Assembly (NCBI GenBank): GCA_051362555.1
Contig: CM120644.1
Coordinates: forward strand, 20,110,534 to 20,174,533
Length of the DNA stretch: 64,000 nt
DNA from: Lingula anatina
Taxonomy: Eukaryota > Animalia > Brachiopoda
Direction: 5' to 3'
Shown here one piece after another: positions 45,309 through 58,600 of the stretch. Each line of letters begins with the position of its first letter. Position 1 is the stretch's first letter. A program made the position numbers and the translations under genes. The notes under the pieces were generated by a model, which was given only the letters and a program-made list of their open reading frames with translations, had not been told where the DNA came from and ran no database searches.

Positions 45309-47382
45309 GTGTTTGACCATCTTTAGCGTACTATAGAGTCCTCGTGGGGGGTGGGGGTGGGGTGGGGTGGGGTGGGGGTTGCGGAGGAGGAAAATTATCG
45401 TCTCTGCCACAATCGGCAGATTAGCATATCTTTTAATTAAAATATATAATTTCAGGGTCATGAAATGACCAATGAATTATATCTGTATGTAAAATATTTC
45501 AGCCTTCTTCACAATAAACTTTCTTGTATGCACTGCGTTTGCTCTAATGCGTTCATTCATTATTTATTTATTAACTTGACGTGAAATTATACAAATCACC
45601 CGGCCTCATGGTCCTACAAGTCACCATAAGTTGTATAATTATCAAAACCTGTTAAATCTCACAACTTAAAGCAGATGTCTTATCTTTTTGCCGTTTGTAC
45701 TATGACGAATTGCATTAAATTGTTTTATACTTTCTATTCCAAAGGATTAATTGTCAAATTATTATCATTTCAGTTTCCACCATTTATTCAAATTTGAACC
45801 AGGTCTGCCAGTGATATTGACTACGTCCTCTTTTAACGATGTTTTGTTCAAATTCCATTCTGAATGATATCAATTTGTAATACCAATACGTAACATAGAA
45901 ACTACATAGTGCGTGACAGCTTTTATTATTATTTTTTACTTTCTTACGCCCCTGTGTTTAAAACGACAGCAGCTAGAATAGCCTACACCGTGAGTGTGAA
46001 GATGAAAAAGAACTTCTTTCAATAATTTAAAACCATGTATTGTATAACTGACTCATGAAGCATACTAATTTTGGTCTCTTTGATTTTTAAATTAATTAAA
46101 AAATATACTCATTTATATTTTATCACAGATGTGATTGAAAAAAATTGTAAAATGCATGATGAACTTGTGAGAGCTGCTTAAAATAGAAGAGGTTAAAACC
46201 AAGCGTTCGGTTACCTTTTCTACACCTGAATTACGTTGGATTAGGAAAGGGAGAAGAAATTGTAAATTTCGAAGTTTTATGGCCTATCAATCAAATTACA
46301 TGTACTACTTTAGCAGACTTGATTGACGGTTATATAAACAAACGTCAATCACCAACATTCCACCTGGGAAGTTTTACCTTCCTTGATTGATAGGTGTCAA
46401 TCAAATCTATTAAAAGCGGTTTGATTGACAATTATTTAAACAAACGCCAATCATCACACTGATAATTAAGTATAGGCGTAGGACAGTGAATACATCTAAA
46501 GAAAACACGCTATCTCTAGGAGTATTGGTATAAGTGGGAGAAAGACAAACTTTTTTTCTTTTTCTAAATTTAAACATGTTCATTCGCCTTCAGTTTAGTT
46601 TGCAACTCAGCTGTTGAGATTGTGTGATGGGAAGATGTACCGTACTCGTTCCATGTTATTTTGAAAGGTCATTACATGTAATACTTCCATGCACGAGTTA
46701 TAACAGTTTTATTATACCTCATCTAAAGCCTTCCATTCATGCAGGCAGTTTTGCATGTACAAGTTTTCAACACGTATTATATATATATATAACATGATTT
46801 TAGTCACTACATAAATATATAATTATTATTCCACATACAACACTCTTTCATCTAATAAGAGAAATGAAATTTGATTTTCCACATATTCCACATACAACAC
46901 TTTTTCATCTAATAAGAGAAATGAAATTTAATTGGCCGATGGTATTTTATTCTCGGGATAAGATATTTCAACAGTTTACCTCAAGGCTCGGCCTATGTTA
47001 TATGACAAGTATTTACTAAGCACATATTCTGTCTTGAAATATCGTTTCTACAAACTTGCTCATTTGTTCAACCTGGATATTTCTAAAATACTAGATTAAA
47101 AATTCCATGCAAAGGAATATATATCACGATATTCATCCATGTACGTGTCTACATACAATGACCAGTAACTTATTACCATTACAAACAATATGCACTTCTT
47201 TTCTTACTATATACGACCAAGGCGGACACATTTTGAAGTCTGTTCTGTCACAACATGATTGTGACATCTACCGCAGAATTGATAGAAATGTGCTAGATGT
47301 GACAAGCCGCTGGTCGCTGTAAATTGTCGGACATAATAAACGGATTTTAACTACTTTAATCGTTACTGAAGAATATCGTTAA

Positions 47383-47728
47383 GGGGGTTTTAATGCAAGC
47401 CTCTTCGCATTTTTCCTCATCTATCTTCTGAACAGATACATCCCCGTATCGCTACATCTCCTGTAAAACTACCGTTAAACTCTTACTCCCCCACACCGAT
47501 ACTCCCTTGCACCGTAACACCCCCCATGCAATTTACATATTACCGGCGTCGTTATTCACCTTCATCGATATTAGATTTAAAATGTGCTTATGTCATGTAA
47601 ATTCATAAATTGTCCAACGGGGCTAAATTTGAGGATATCACTTTTTTCAAATGGCAAAGATGCATTTGTTATTGATGTGGTACGTTGTTTTCATGTTCGC
47701 CTACTTCTTGGATTGGACACAACCCCCC
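47383..47728. mobile_element. Kolobok-like TTAA MITE
   Basis: TTAA|GGGGGTT ... AACCCCCC|TTAA. Confidence 0.5.
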
Positions 47729-48790
47729 TTAAATAAATTTGGGGAAAAATGACTGATCATAGAATTTGGTTGCTATGCTCACTAAAACAAAATTATACGA
47801 GTTTCCGGATTTCATACTACCCCGGTGGTCCACCATTCCTGACATAACCCGTTCTTTAAGATTTCGGATGTTACATTACAATCATCAACTTTTACTGGTT
47901 TGGGTTATCAGAAATAGTTTACAAAATGTACAAGGGATTCCTAGCGCTACAATTGCAAACGTGCGCGTGCCTTCAGCTTAAAAGACGAAACCCGAAATGA
48001 CAAGTTTGGCGTTATTGTACACTTGTATAAACAGACTAAGCATGATCAACTCTTTAAAATCTTCAGTTCTTAAACTTGTTAAAAACGACGACCAACAAAT
48101 TAACGAATTATAAATTAAACAAAATCATCAAAAACATGCAACCTAAAAATAAAAAGCAAGGCACAACAGAGGAGGATGCAAGAAAGGTGGGGCATCGCTA
48201 AAGAGGTGGAGGCACTGGAGAGAGCTAGAGAGGCGCTTGGTGGACAGTACTTGCAAGGGCGCTGTAATCTAGATGAGTGCTGGGTTGCTGCAAGGAGTTA
48301 TAACATTTTTACTATTATGTATATTATCAAATGATTTAATATCAAAATAAGTAGTAATCAAGAACACTACCTTGGAAAACTCTGCTATATATGATAAAAA
48401 AAAAAAAACCTTCCTCTTGGCAACCCGATAATCTAATTTGCATAAAGAGAAAATTTATTTTTCCTTGTTTTGGATTCTTTATAATTTTTTCGTTATTCTT
48501 CTGACACACTGATAAATATTTTATCAATATAAGCAGATTATTGATTATATAAACAAAAATAATTTTCACATTCCAGGCGTGTATGATGTAATCCCTTTCA
48601 ATCCAAGTCATCAAAACTGGTTAAAAATGTAACGATATATATGAAAAGTAAGTCCTGTATAAATCTTCCATGCGAGAGTTGATTTTTTTCAACTGAGGGA
48701 GAGATCGACAAGAGAGAGGCGTCAAATCAACCTCAAAAATATTTGACAAGAGTGGGATTACCGAAAGCAGACTATATTGCGAAGTTTTAG

Positions 48791-48841
<51 letters not shown>

Positions 48842-49382
48842 AGCCAACGTGCTTCAACTCCAACGTGCTGAAATTTTTTAGATGTCATGAGACCTTTTTG
48901 TTTCATCTGTCTCTCCCTAAAATGCAGCTGACCGCGTTAACTTTCAGCTCCCAGGAAGTCGAGAATCCGGCGAGAAGTGGCAACACAGTGACCGGGACAG
49001 GGGCCGGTTACCACCCCCCCCTCTCCTCCTCCTCCTCCCTCACATTCTCCAACCATGTGAGTCCTTCGCCGGGAAACGTGTGGTGGACTAACATTGAATA
49101 CCAGCCCTGGGCTTGAAGCACTATTTCTGCCCAGCAACCCAAGACCCTAGAACACTGCAGTTTTGGTGAGTGCGCCACTCGTAGTGGGCAGTGGTCAACA
49201 AGTTGAGGTGGGGTGGGGAGGGGGGGGGGCAGTATAAGGGGCTTTCAGGTAAACTAACCATTAGTGATGTCATAAGTTGACCACAGTACAGAGGTCACTG
49301 TCAGTGGGTTATATTTGCATTAATTGTAGATCTTTTTTGTATTTTTATACATGTATTATATTAATAGCACTATGTTTATATA

Positions 49383-49628
49383 TATGCCACAGGCAAGATG
49401 GAAATCCAGGCAGGTTATAAATCCACCTTGGCGAGATTGAAATCTCAGGTCACAGACATTAATACAATAATCACATCCAAATATAGGCATTTTAGGGTTA
49501 GTACAGTCTGTGGTTAAGAACATCTTGTAGTAACTTTCTTGCATATAGGGGGATACAAAACAATTTAATTTTTTTTTTGCCTTGGCAAATTTAAAATCTG
49601 CCTGGATTTCAGTCTTGCCTGTGACATA
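49383..49628. mobile_element. MITE with ~40-bp terminal inverted repeats
   Basis: TATGCCACAGGCAAGATGGAAATCCAGGCAGGTTATAAAT versus the reverse complement of the right end, TATGTCACAGGCAAGACTGAAATCCAGGCAGATTTTAAAT. Confidence 0.65.
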
Positions 49629-50515
49629 ATATTATTAATGCCTCTTTGCAGTTAGACATAAGATTTCTGTCATTATTTTTCTGTTTAAAAATCCATTGCT
49701 AAGATCTGTGCAGATAGGATGTACCAGGTAAAAACCAGGGTGTGGAGAGGAATAGGAGTTTTTTCTGAACCATTTGTCATGTTTTGAAATCCAACATTTT
49801 CAGTCATAAGTCGGTAGAACTGTCTGCTTATTAGAATGCATAAACTTTTTTGAAAAAATATGAAAAAGGATTTTCGAGATGTCCCATTAAATTAATAGCA
49901 GTCAAAGCTATATTAGTGTCCAGGTAGCCACAGCTTAGTAGATCTTATGGTTTAGAGAATTTGACCTGCTTACTTTTTGATTTTTTTATTAAAGGAAATA
50001 ATTTTCTTGCTCAACCCTATACATGTATTTGTTGAAAAGAAAAAAAAACTTAAATTTCTTTCTACTTAAAAGTGACTTTATTATTTAATATTTGTATATC
50101 AATAATTGATATATCAACTTTAAATCTTGTTAATGTAGAAGTCATTTAGGTTTTTAAAAATGACATATTGATAAACTTGATAAAAAGAAAGGTAGATGGC
50201 AGCATTGATGTTTGTGACAAAACTGTGTGTTAAGACTCCACTGTTGACACTTCTCAAAGATGGCTTATTTTAAATAAACTCTCATAGATTTTGTAAAAGT
50301 TCCTGACATATCAAATTTATAAAATCCTTTAAAACTATTAGTAAAGCATCTAAAGGTGGAATGCAGGCATTTGAAATTTTTTCCAAAGTCATATTTTCTT
50401 TGCCTACATGAAGAGCTACTAATATTTTTCATGTCTGATATGGACTTCAAAACAGGTTAACAGTGGAGTCTAATTTACCTGAAAAAAAAAAAAAAAAAAA
50501 AAAAAAATCATGCCT

Positions 50516-51434
50516 ACATTGAACATTGTGGCATCAACAATTGCTGTTGTATTATGGGAAAACATTTAACATTACAAGACATCAACAATTGCAGAACCTT
50601 GTATTATGGAAATACATTGAACATTGTGACATCAACAATTGCAGAACTTTGTATTATGGAAATACGTAGAACATTGTGACATCAACAATTGCTGTTGTAT
50701 TATGGGAGAACATTGTGACATCAACAATTGCTGTTGTATTATGGGAAGACATTGAACATTAAGGCATCAACAACTGCTGTTGTATCATCGAAATACATTG
50801 AAAATTATAAGACATCAACAACTGCTGTTGTATTATGGGAGGACATTGAACATAATTGTGACATCAACAATTACTGTTGTATCATAGGAATACAGAATCA
50901 TGACATCAATAATTGCAGTTTTATTATGGGAATACATAACATTGTGACATCAACAATTGCTGTTGTATTTTGGGAGAACATTGTGACATCAACAATTGGT
51001 GTTGTATTATGGGAATACATAACATTGTGACATCAACAATTGCTGTTGTATTTTGGGAGAACATTGTGACATCAACAATTGGTGTTGTATTATGGGAAGA
51101 CATTGAACATTGTGACATCAACAATTGCAGTTGTATTATGGGGACACAATGAACATTGTGACATCAACAATTGCTGTTGTACTATGGAAAGACATTGAAC
51201 ATTGTGACATCAACAATTGCAGTTGTATTATGGGAGGACATTGAACATTGTGACATCAACAATTCACCAGTTATAGGAAGACAGTGAACATAGTGACATC
51301 AGCAATTGCTGCTGTATTATGGGAAGACATTGAACATTGTGACATCAACAATTGCAGTTGTATTATGGGAAGACAATGTGAACATTGTGACATTAACAAT
51401 TGCTGTTGTATTATGGGAGGACATTGAACATTGT
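50516..51434. repeat. 46-bp satellite, left (more diverged) segment
   Basis: Unit AACATTGTGACATCAACAATTGCTGTTGTATTATGGGAAGACATTG, with indel variants. Confidence 0.97.
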
Positions 51435-54400
51435 AATAATAATAATAATAATAGTAATATGTATTTATTTGCAACTTAAAAAGTTGGATTTTACAATAAA
51501 AACAAATAGTCGTGAGATGCACAATCTTAAAATGTGTTAAAATGATTCGATACAGATTAAAAATTCATAAAAAACTCAGTTCTTAAAATTTGATAAAGCC
51601 CATGGGATAAAAGTTTTTGGCGATCGTACAGTCCTCAATTTTGGCACAGTGTACTTTTAAACCCGGCGCAAAGTGTAGGAACTTTCATTTAACTCTGGTA
51701 GCAAATGATGGATTTTGTGTCCTTCAGAGTATATGTTATGCAATAATGTTTTAGATAGTTCATCTCTTCTACAAGCAAGAGTGATAAGTTTACATGTTTC
51801 AAGTGCCCCATCATAGGACAGCTCTGGGAATATAATCTTACATGCTGTCATCTGGACGGATTCAATTTAATCAATTTGTTGTTGTATAAGACCTGGGTGC
51901 CACACCTGACATGCATATTCTAATGTAGGTCTGATTACTGATGTATAAAAGCTTACAAGTTCATTGGTTGGAATACCCGTTCTTTTCAGAAGCTTAAGAT
52001 TGTGTAGCCTTTTACTTGCTTTTTATGTACAGACACAGACACACATATTGCCATCACCTGCATCTGTCGTCGTCATCGCCGTCACCGATGCCGATGCCGT
52101 CACCGGCGCCGTGCACTTTCAGCGTAAACATGATAAGTGGAACACAGTTTTACTTTTTGGTTTTATATTTACAGAGCTGATGAATATTCTTAAAATGCAG
52201 GTCAAGTTCGAAAATCAGCATGATCGGGCCATTATAGTAGAAGGAAAACCGTTAAGCCTGTTGTCATGAAACTCACAGGAGTAATCAATCTTACTAAAAC
52301 GCAGGTCAAGTTCGAAAATCAGCATGATCGGGCCACTATTTTAGTAGTTATGCTTTTTTTCATCTTTCAGCATATATGCAACACTGTAAGCACAATATAA
52401 GAAAAACAGATAGGCCAATTGTCATTAAACTCACAGGAGTGGTCAATCTTACTAAAACAAAGGTTGAGTTCGAAAATCAGCATAATCAGGACATTATTTT
52501 AGAAGTTATGCTGTTTTTTCACATTTCCTAAGATTCAATTCTTAGGCATGTTAATAGCCTTATTATTTAACTAATAAGATACATAAAAGTGTTTGTTTGA
52601 CATTTCCTGCATCTTTACAACATTGTTTGTTGATTATGTAAAAATGATGGTAAACTTGTTATCGTGTATTGTGTAATAAAGTGTCAAAAATGGAATCAAA
52701 CTCATATCATTGCATTTTGTCAGATTCAATCATCCACTATGTTCAGAATCTCAGAATGGAGGAAATTGGACATTTAACACTGTTTTATTGATGATTTCCC
52801 CATCTCATCAATTTTCTTAGTTGATCATATAAAAATTGCAGTAAACTGTTTATTTTGTTTTATGTTAAAAAAGTGTTAAAAATGGAAATAAATCCATGTC
52901 AGAACAGTGCTGTCTTGTTTACATTTTGGCATTTTCAAGGTGTGACTTTGAAGTTCCATTGGCCTGAAGACATTTGCTGGTCACGTTTTCTGAATGTCCA
53001 TGTTACTTATATTGTATTATTAAAAATTGATGGTCATTATGCTGTTTAACATTATGTAATATGCATCAAAATTTGAAGAAACCCCTATTTTGGGCACTGC
53101 TCCCATGATGACCATTTAAGGAAAACCATGTCACTTACTGTTTTCAAAATTACAGGAAAGAAACATGGGACTAAAATACAGCATCAATAGGCAATGCAGT
53201 GTGTTTGGTAAATTTTTCTGGCAATTAAACAGTTTTTTGTGAAAATTTAATTTTTCACATATTGGCATTTTCAAGTTGTGACTTAGAACCTCCACGGGCT
53301 TGAAGACCCATGCTAGTCACATTTTCTGAAAATCCATGATACGTTTATTTTATTATTAAAAATTGATGGTCATTATGCTGTTAAGTTATGTAATGTTGCA
53401 TCAAAATAGAAGAAAACAATTTTTGGTGCTGCTGCCATGATGACCATTATGGGAAAACCATGTTACTTATGACTGTGAAACTTTCAAAAAAGAAACACAG
53501 GACTAAAATGCGGCCTGAGCTTCAAAAGCAGTCTAATTGGCTTCTTTTTCTGGAAGCTATACATTTTAGTGAAATACTCATTATTATCGTTTTGGCATAT
53601 TCATTGTGGGACTCAGAGCTCCCATGGACATGAAGCTGAATGGTAATCAAGTTTTCTACATTTCCATGCTATTTATAATCAATTATCAAAAATTGGTGAT
53701 AATTATTCCGTTATTTTTTATGTAATGTTGCATCAAAATTTACAAAAATCTTTTTGCACTGCTACTACAAACATTATGAAAAGAAAACTGTGTTACTTAT
53801 AATTATTTTTAACTTACAAGTATGATTTTTAGGATTGACATGCAGTTCAAATAAAAAGGCCAGCTCAATTGGGTTATCATTTATTATTGAATTTATGCAG
53901 TTTTGTGTGAAATTTTCATTTTTCTCATTTTGGCATTTTCAGAGTGTGAACTTGAACTCCCATTGGCCTGAAGCCTTATGCTTGTTACACATTTTACTTA
54001 CATCAGTATTACCTGTTGAGCATAATTAAAATTTGATGTGGAATTTGCAGTTAAGGTATTTCCATACTGCATGTATAGAGGGAGCCACTGCAGCATCAAG
54101 CTCTCCTGCACTGGAGGACAATATAAGCATGCACTTCCTCTAGTCACCAGCTTTTATTTACCATGTGCTGTGTTGTTTTGAAATTATAAATCCCTAAAGA
54201 TGAGTAATATTCCACCCAGAAAGGCTGGCAAGTTCATTTCACAGGGCAATTTCACGAACCCCCTCCCTAAATAGAACCCCCTCCCAAGAATCCCTGGATC
54301 CCCCCTGTCTTTCATTATATTCTCAATTATGAAATATTCAGCAACTAAATATAGTGAGAAATACCATGAATGCTACTTTGAGGGCTATAGAGTTGAAGTG

Positions 54401-55697
54401 ATGTATATTTGGGGCTTGAACTGAGGTGACATTACATTTTTCGGCATTTTTTGCCTTTTTTTGATAATTTCAATTGACTATATTTCAATATTTAGCCTGA
54501 TGACCTACTATTTTTTTAACATCATGTCATGAAGTACTCATAGGAGAGTGTTTTTGCTCATTTTCATGAAAATTAAATTCAGGGATTGGGTACAATGACC
54601 AATTTTGTGTAAAATTGTTGGTTTCCAAACTGGCCACCAGGTGGCGTAGAAACATGATGAGGTCAGTTCTAAAAATAGAAACAACAATAAATGTATGAAA
54701 AAATGTAAAAATATTCTCTTTTCTCTTCATTAAAATCTTAACAGGTGTAATTATCCCCCTCAGGAGTGATATACTGGGCCTGAAAACTTATTTATATAGA
54801 GGCGCTGCGATATCCAATTCTAGCATTTTAGTCCATATTTCAGTTGGCTGTGGTGAGGAAACTAAACCGGTGACCATATCAAAAAAAATCATTTTTATTA
54901 CCAGTTTCACCTGTACTTCATTGGTGCAAAGTTTGGAGACAATTAAATTAGAGAATCTAAAAGTATGGAAATACCTTAAGCATAATGTACTTTTGCATCA
55001 GAATTGACAGTAGCCTATTTTGTGCATTGTTATTTTCTGCTTTTTGTCTGTACATTTGACAGCTTTGCTGCCTTGTTTTACAAATATCACAGATGTGACC
55101 TTCCTAGCTCAAATCACTACTGATCCTAACCCCTAAGAAGACAGCAGACCCCACTATCTCAATCCTTTGATTATCTATTAGTAAGGGTGTAGTTTTGCGT
55201 CCTTTTTTGGAGAAATCAAATATGATCTCTTTGGTCTTGGTAGTATTTATTGTTAGTTTATTAGCATGGGACCAGAGAGTGAGTTCTGTTGTTGCATCAG
55301 GGAGATTGTCCTGCAGTTTGGTATTCCCGTAGCTTAGAATTGTGGGATCATCTACATATTTGAATGTGTCACATTTGGTGCTCATATCGTTAATCATAAT
55401 GACAAATAAAACTGAACCAAGTTTTGTGCCTTATGGCACACCAGCATTAATGCATTGCCAGTCTGATTTCACACTACCTATCTTCACACTTTGTTTCCTC
55501 TCAGTTCGGAAGCTGTAAATCCAGTTTGAAATAATTCCTGGGATACCTAATTCAGGCAGTTTTTGATAAAGCAGGGTATGGTCTATTCTATGGAATGCTT
55601 TGGTATAATCGACCAAAAGCATTCTGGCATATTGTCCTAGAAATAAGGTCAATAGCTTCGATCAGTGTGTATGTCGTACAGTTCCCTTTCATGCTGC
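51435..55697 (-). mobile_element. 5'-truncated, degenerate non-LTR retrotransposon (CR1/L2-group-like RT fragment) in two pieces: 55080-55697 and 51435-52020
   Basis: LLVDYTKAFHRIDH...W...INAGVP*GTKLG.VLF..MIND...KYVDD...LTINTTKTKEI...FLGV, continuing after the insert as KKASKRLH.L..LKR.G...YTSVIRPTLEYACQVWHP. AATAAA plus (TAT)n tail at the left end. CATTGT is duplicated at 51429-51434 and 55698-55703. Contains stops. Confidence 0.88.
52021..55079 (+). mobile_element. Non-autonomous Helentron-like element inserted in a T-run of the LINE
   Basis: Subterminal IR ATGTACAGACA (52025-52035) / TGTCTGTACAT (55045-55055). (GTC/GCC)-type microsatellite at 52066-52110, short 3' hairpin GACAGC-TTT-GCTGCC, T-runs at both ends, and diverged internal ~335-bp repeats (TTGGCATTTTCA at ~52927, 53262, 53593, 53930). 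The LINE reading frame rejoins when it is removed. Confidence 0.7.
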
Positions 55698-58600
55698 CAT
55701 TGTGACATCAACAATTGCTGTTGTATTATGGGAAGACAATAAACATAATTGTGGCATCAACAACTGCTGTTATATTATGGGAAGACATTGAACATTGTGG
55801 CATCAACAGCTGCTGTTATATTATGGGAAGACATTGAACATTGTGGCATCAACAACTGCTGTTGTATTATGGAAAGACGTTGAACATTGTGACATCAACT
55901 ATTGCAGTTGTATTATGGGAAGACATTGAATATTGTGACATCAACAATTGCAGTTGTATTATGGGAAGACATTGAACATTACAATACATCAACAACTGCT
56001 GTTGTATTATGGGAGGACACTGAACATAATTGTGACATCAACAATTACTGTTGTATTATAGGAATACACTAAGTATTGTTATATGAAAAATTGCTATTTT
56101 AATATAGGAAGACATTGAACAATGCTACATCAACAGTTGGTGTTGTATTATGGGAATGCATTGAACATTGAGACATATTGCAGTTTTATTATGGGAAGAC
56201 ATTGAACATTGTGACATCAACAGTTGCAGTTGTATTATGGTAAGGCATTGAACATTGTGACATCAACAATTGCTGTTGTATTATGGGAATACATTGAACA
56301 TTGTGACATCAACAATTCTATTTGTATTATGGGAGGACATTGAACATTGTGACATCAACAATTGCTCTTGTATTATGGAAAGACATTGAACATTGTGACA
56401 TCAACAATTGAAGTTGTATTATGGGAGAACATTGTGACATCAACAATTGGTGTTGTATTATGGGAAGACATTGAACATTGTGACATCAACAATTGCTGTT
56501 GTATTATGGGAATACATTGAACATTGTGACATCAACAATTGCTGTTGTATTATGGGAGAACATTGTGACATCAACAATTGCAGTTGTATTATGGGAAGAC
56601 ATTGAACATTGTGGAATCAACAACTGCTGTTGTATTATGGGAAGACATTGAACATTACAAACCATCAACAATTGCAGTTGTATTAAGGGAAGACATTGAA
56701 CATTGTGGCATCAACAACTGCGGTTGTATTATGGGAAGACATTGAACATTGTGGCATCAACAACTGCTGTTGTATTATGGGAATACATTGAACATTACAA
56801 AACATCAACAATTGCAGTTGTATTATGGGAAGACATTGAACATTACAAGACATCAACAACTGCTGTTGTATTATGGGAAGACATTGAATATTGTGACATC
56901 AACAATTGCAGTTGTATTATGGGAATACATTGAACATTACAAGACATCAACAACTGCTGTTGTATTATGGGAGGACATTGAACATAATTGTGACATCAAC
57001 AATTACTGTTGTATTATGGGAATACACTGAACATTGTGACATCAACAACTGCTGTTGTATTATGGGAATACATTGAACATTGTGACATCAACAATTCTAT
57101 TTGTATTATGGGAGGACATTGAACATTGTAACATCAACAATTGCTCTTGTATTATGGAAAGACATTGAACATTGTGACATCAACAATTGGTGTTGTATTA
57201 TGGGAAGACATTGAACATTGTGACATCAACAATTGCTCTTGTATTATGGGAGAACATTGTGACATCAACAATTGGTGTTGTATTATGGAAAGACATTGAA
57301 CATTGTGACATCAACAATTGCTCTTGTATTATGGAAAGACATTGAACATTGTGTCATCAACTGCTGTTGTATTATGGGAGGATGTTGAACATTGTGGCAT
57401 CAACAACTGCTGTTATATTATGGGAAGACATTGAACATTGTGGCATCAACAACTGCTGTTGTATTATGGGAGAACATTGTGACATCAACAATTGCTGTTG
57501 TATTATGGGAAGACATTGAACATTGTGACATCAACAATTGCTCTTGTATTATGGGAAGACATTGAACATTGTGGCATCAACAACTGCTGTTATATTATGG
57601 GAAGACATTGAACATTATGGTATCAACAACTGCTGTTGTATTATGGGAAGACATTGAACATTATAAAACATGAACAATTGCAGTTGTATTATGGGAAGAC
57701 ATTGAACATTGTGACATCAACAATTGCTCTTGTATTATGGAAAGACATTGAACATTGTGACATCAACAATTGCAGTTGTATTATGGGAAGACATTGAACA
57801 TTGTGACATCAACAATTGCTGTTGTATTATGGGAGAACATTGTGACATCAACAATTGCTGTTGTATTATGGGAAGACATTGAACATTGTGACATCAACAA
57901 TTGCTCTTGTATTATTGAAAGACATTGAACATTGTGACATCAACAATTGCAGTTGTATTATGGGAAGCCATTGAACATTGTGACATGAACAATTGCTGTT
58001 GTATTATGGGAGAACATTGTGACATCAACAATTGGTGTTGTATTATGGGGAGACATTGAACATTGTGACACCAACAATTGCTCTTGTATTATGGAAAGAC
58101 ATTGAACATTGTGACATCAACAATTGCAGTTGTATTATGGGAAGACATTGAACATTGTGACATCAACAATTGGTGTTGTATTATGGGAGAACATTGTGAC
58201 ATCAACAATTGGTGTTGTATTATGGGAAGACATTGAACATTGTGACATCAACAATTGCAGTTGTATTATGGGAATACATTGAACATTGTGACATCAACAA
58301 TTGCAGTTGTATTATGGGAATACACTGAACATTGTGACATCAACAATTGCTGTTGTATTATGGGAGAACATTGTGACATCAACAATTGGTGTTGTATTAT
58401 GGGAAGACATTTTACATTACAAGACATCAACAACTGCTGTTGTATTATGGGAGGACGTTGAACATTGTGGCATCAACAACTGCTGTTATATTATGGGAAG
58501 ACATTGAACATTGTGACATCAACAATTGCTGTTGTATTATGGGAGAACATTGTGACATCAACAATTGGTGTTGTATTATGGGAAGACATTGAACATTGTG

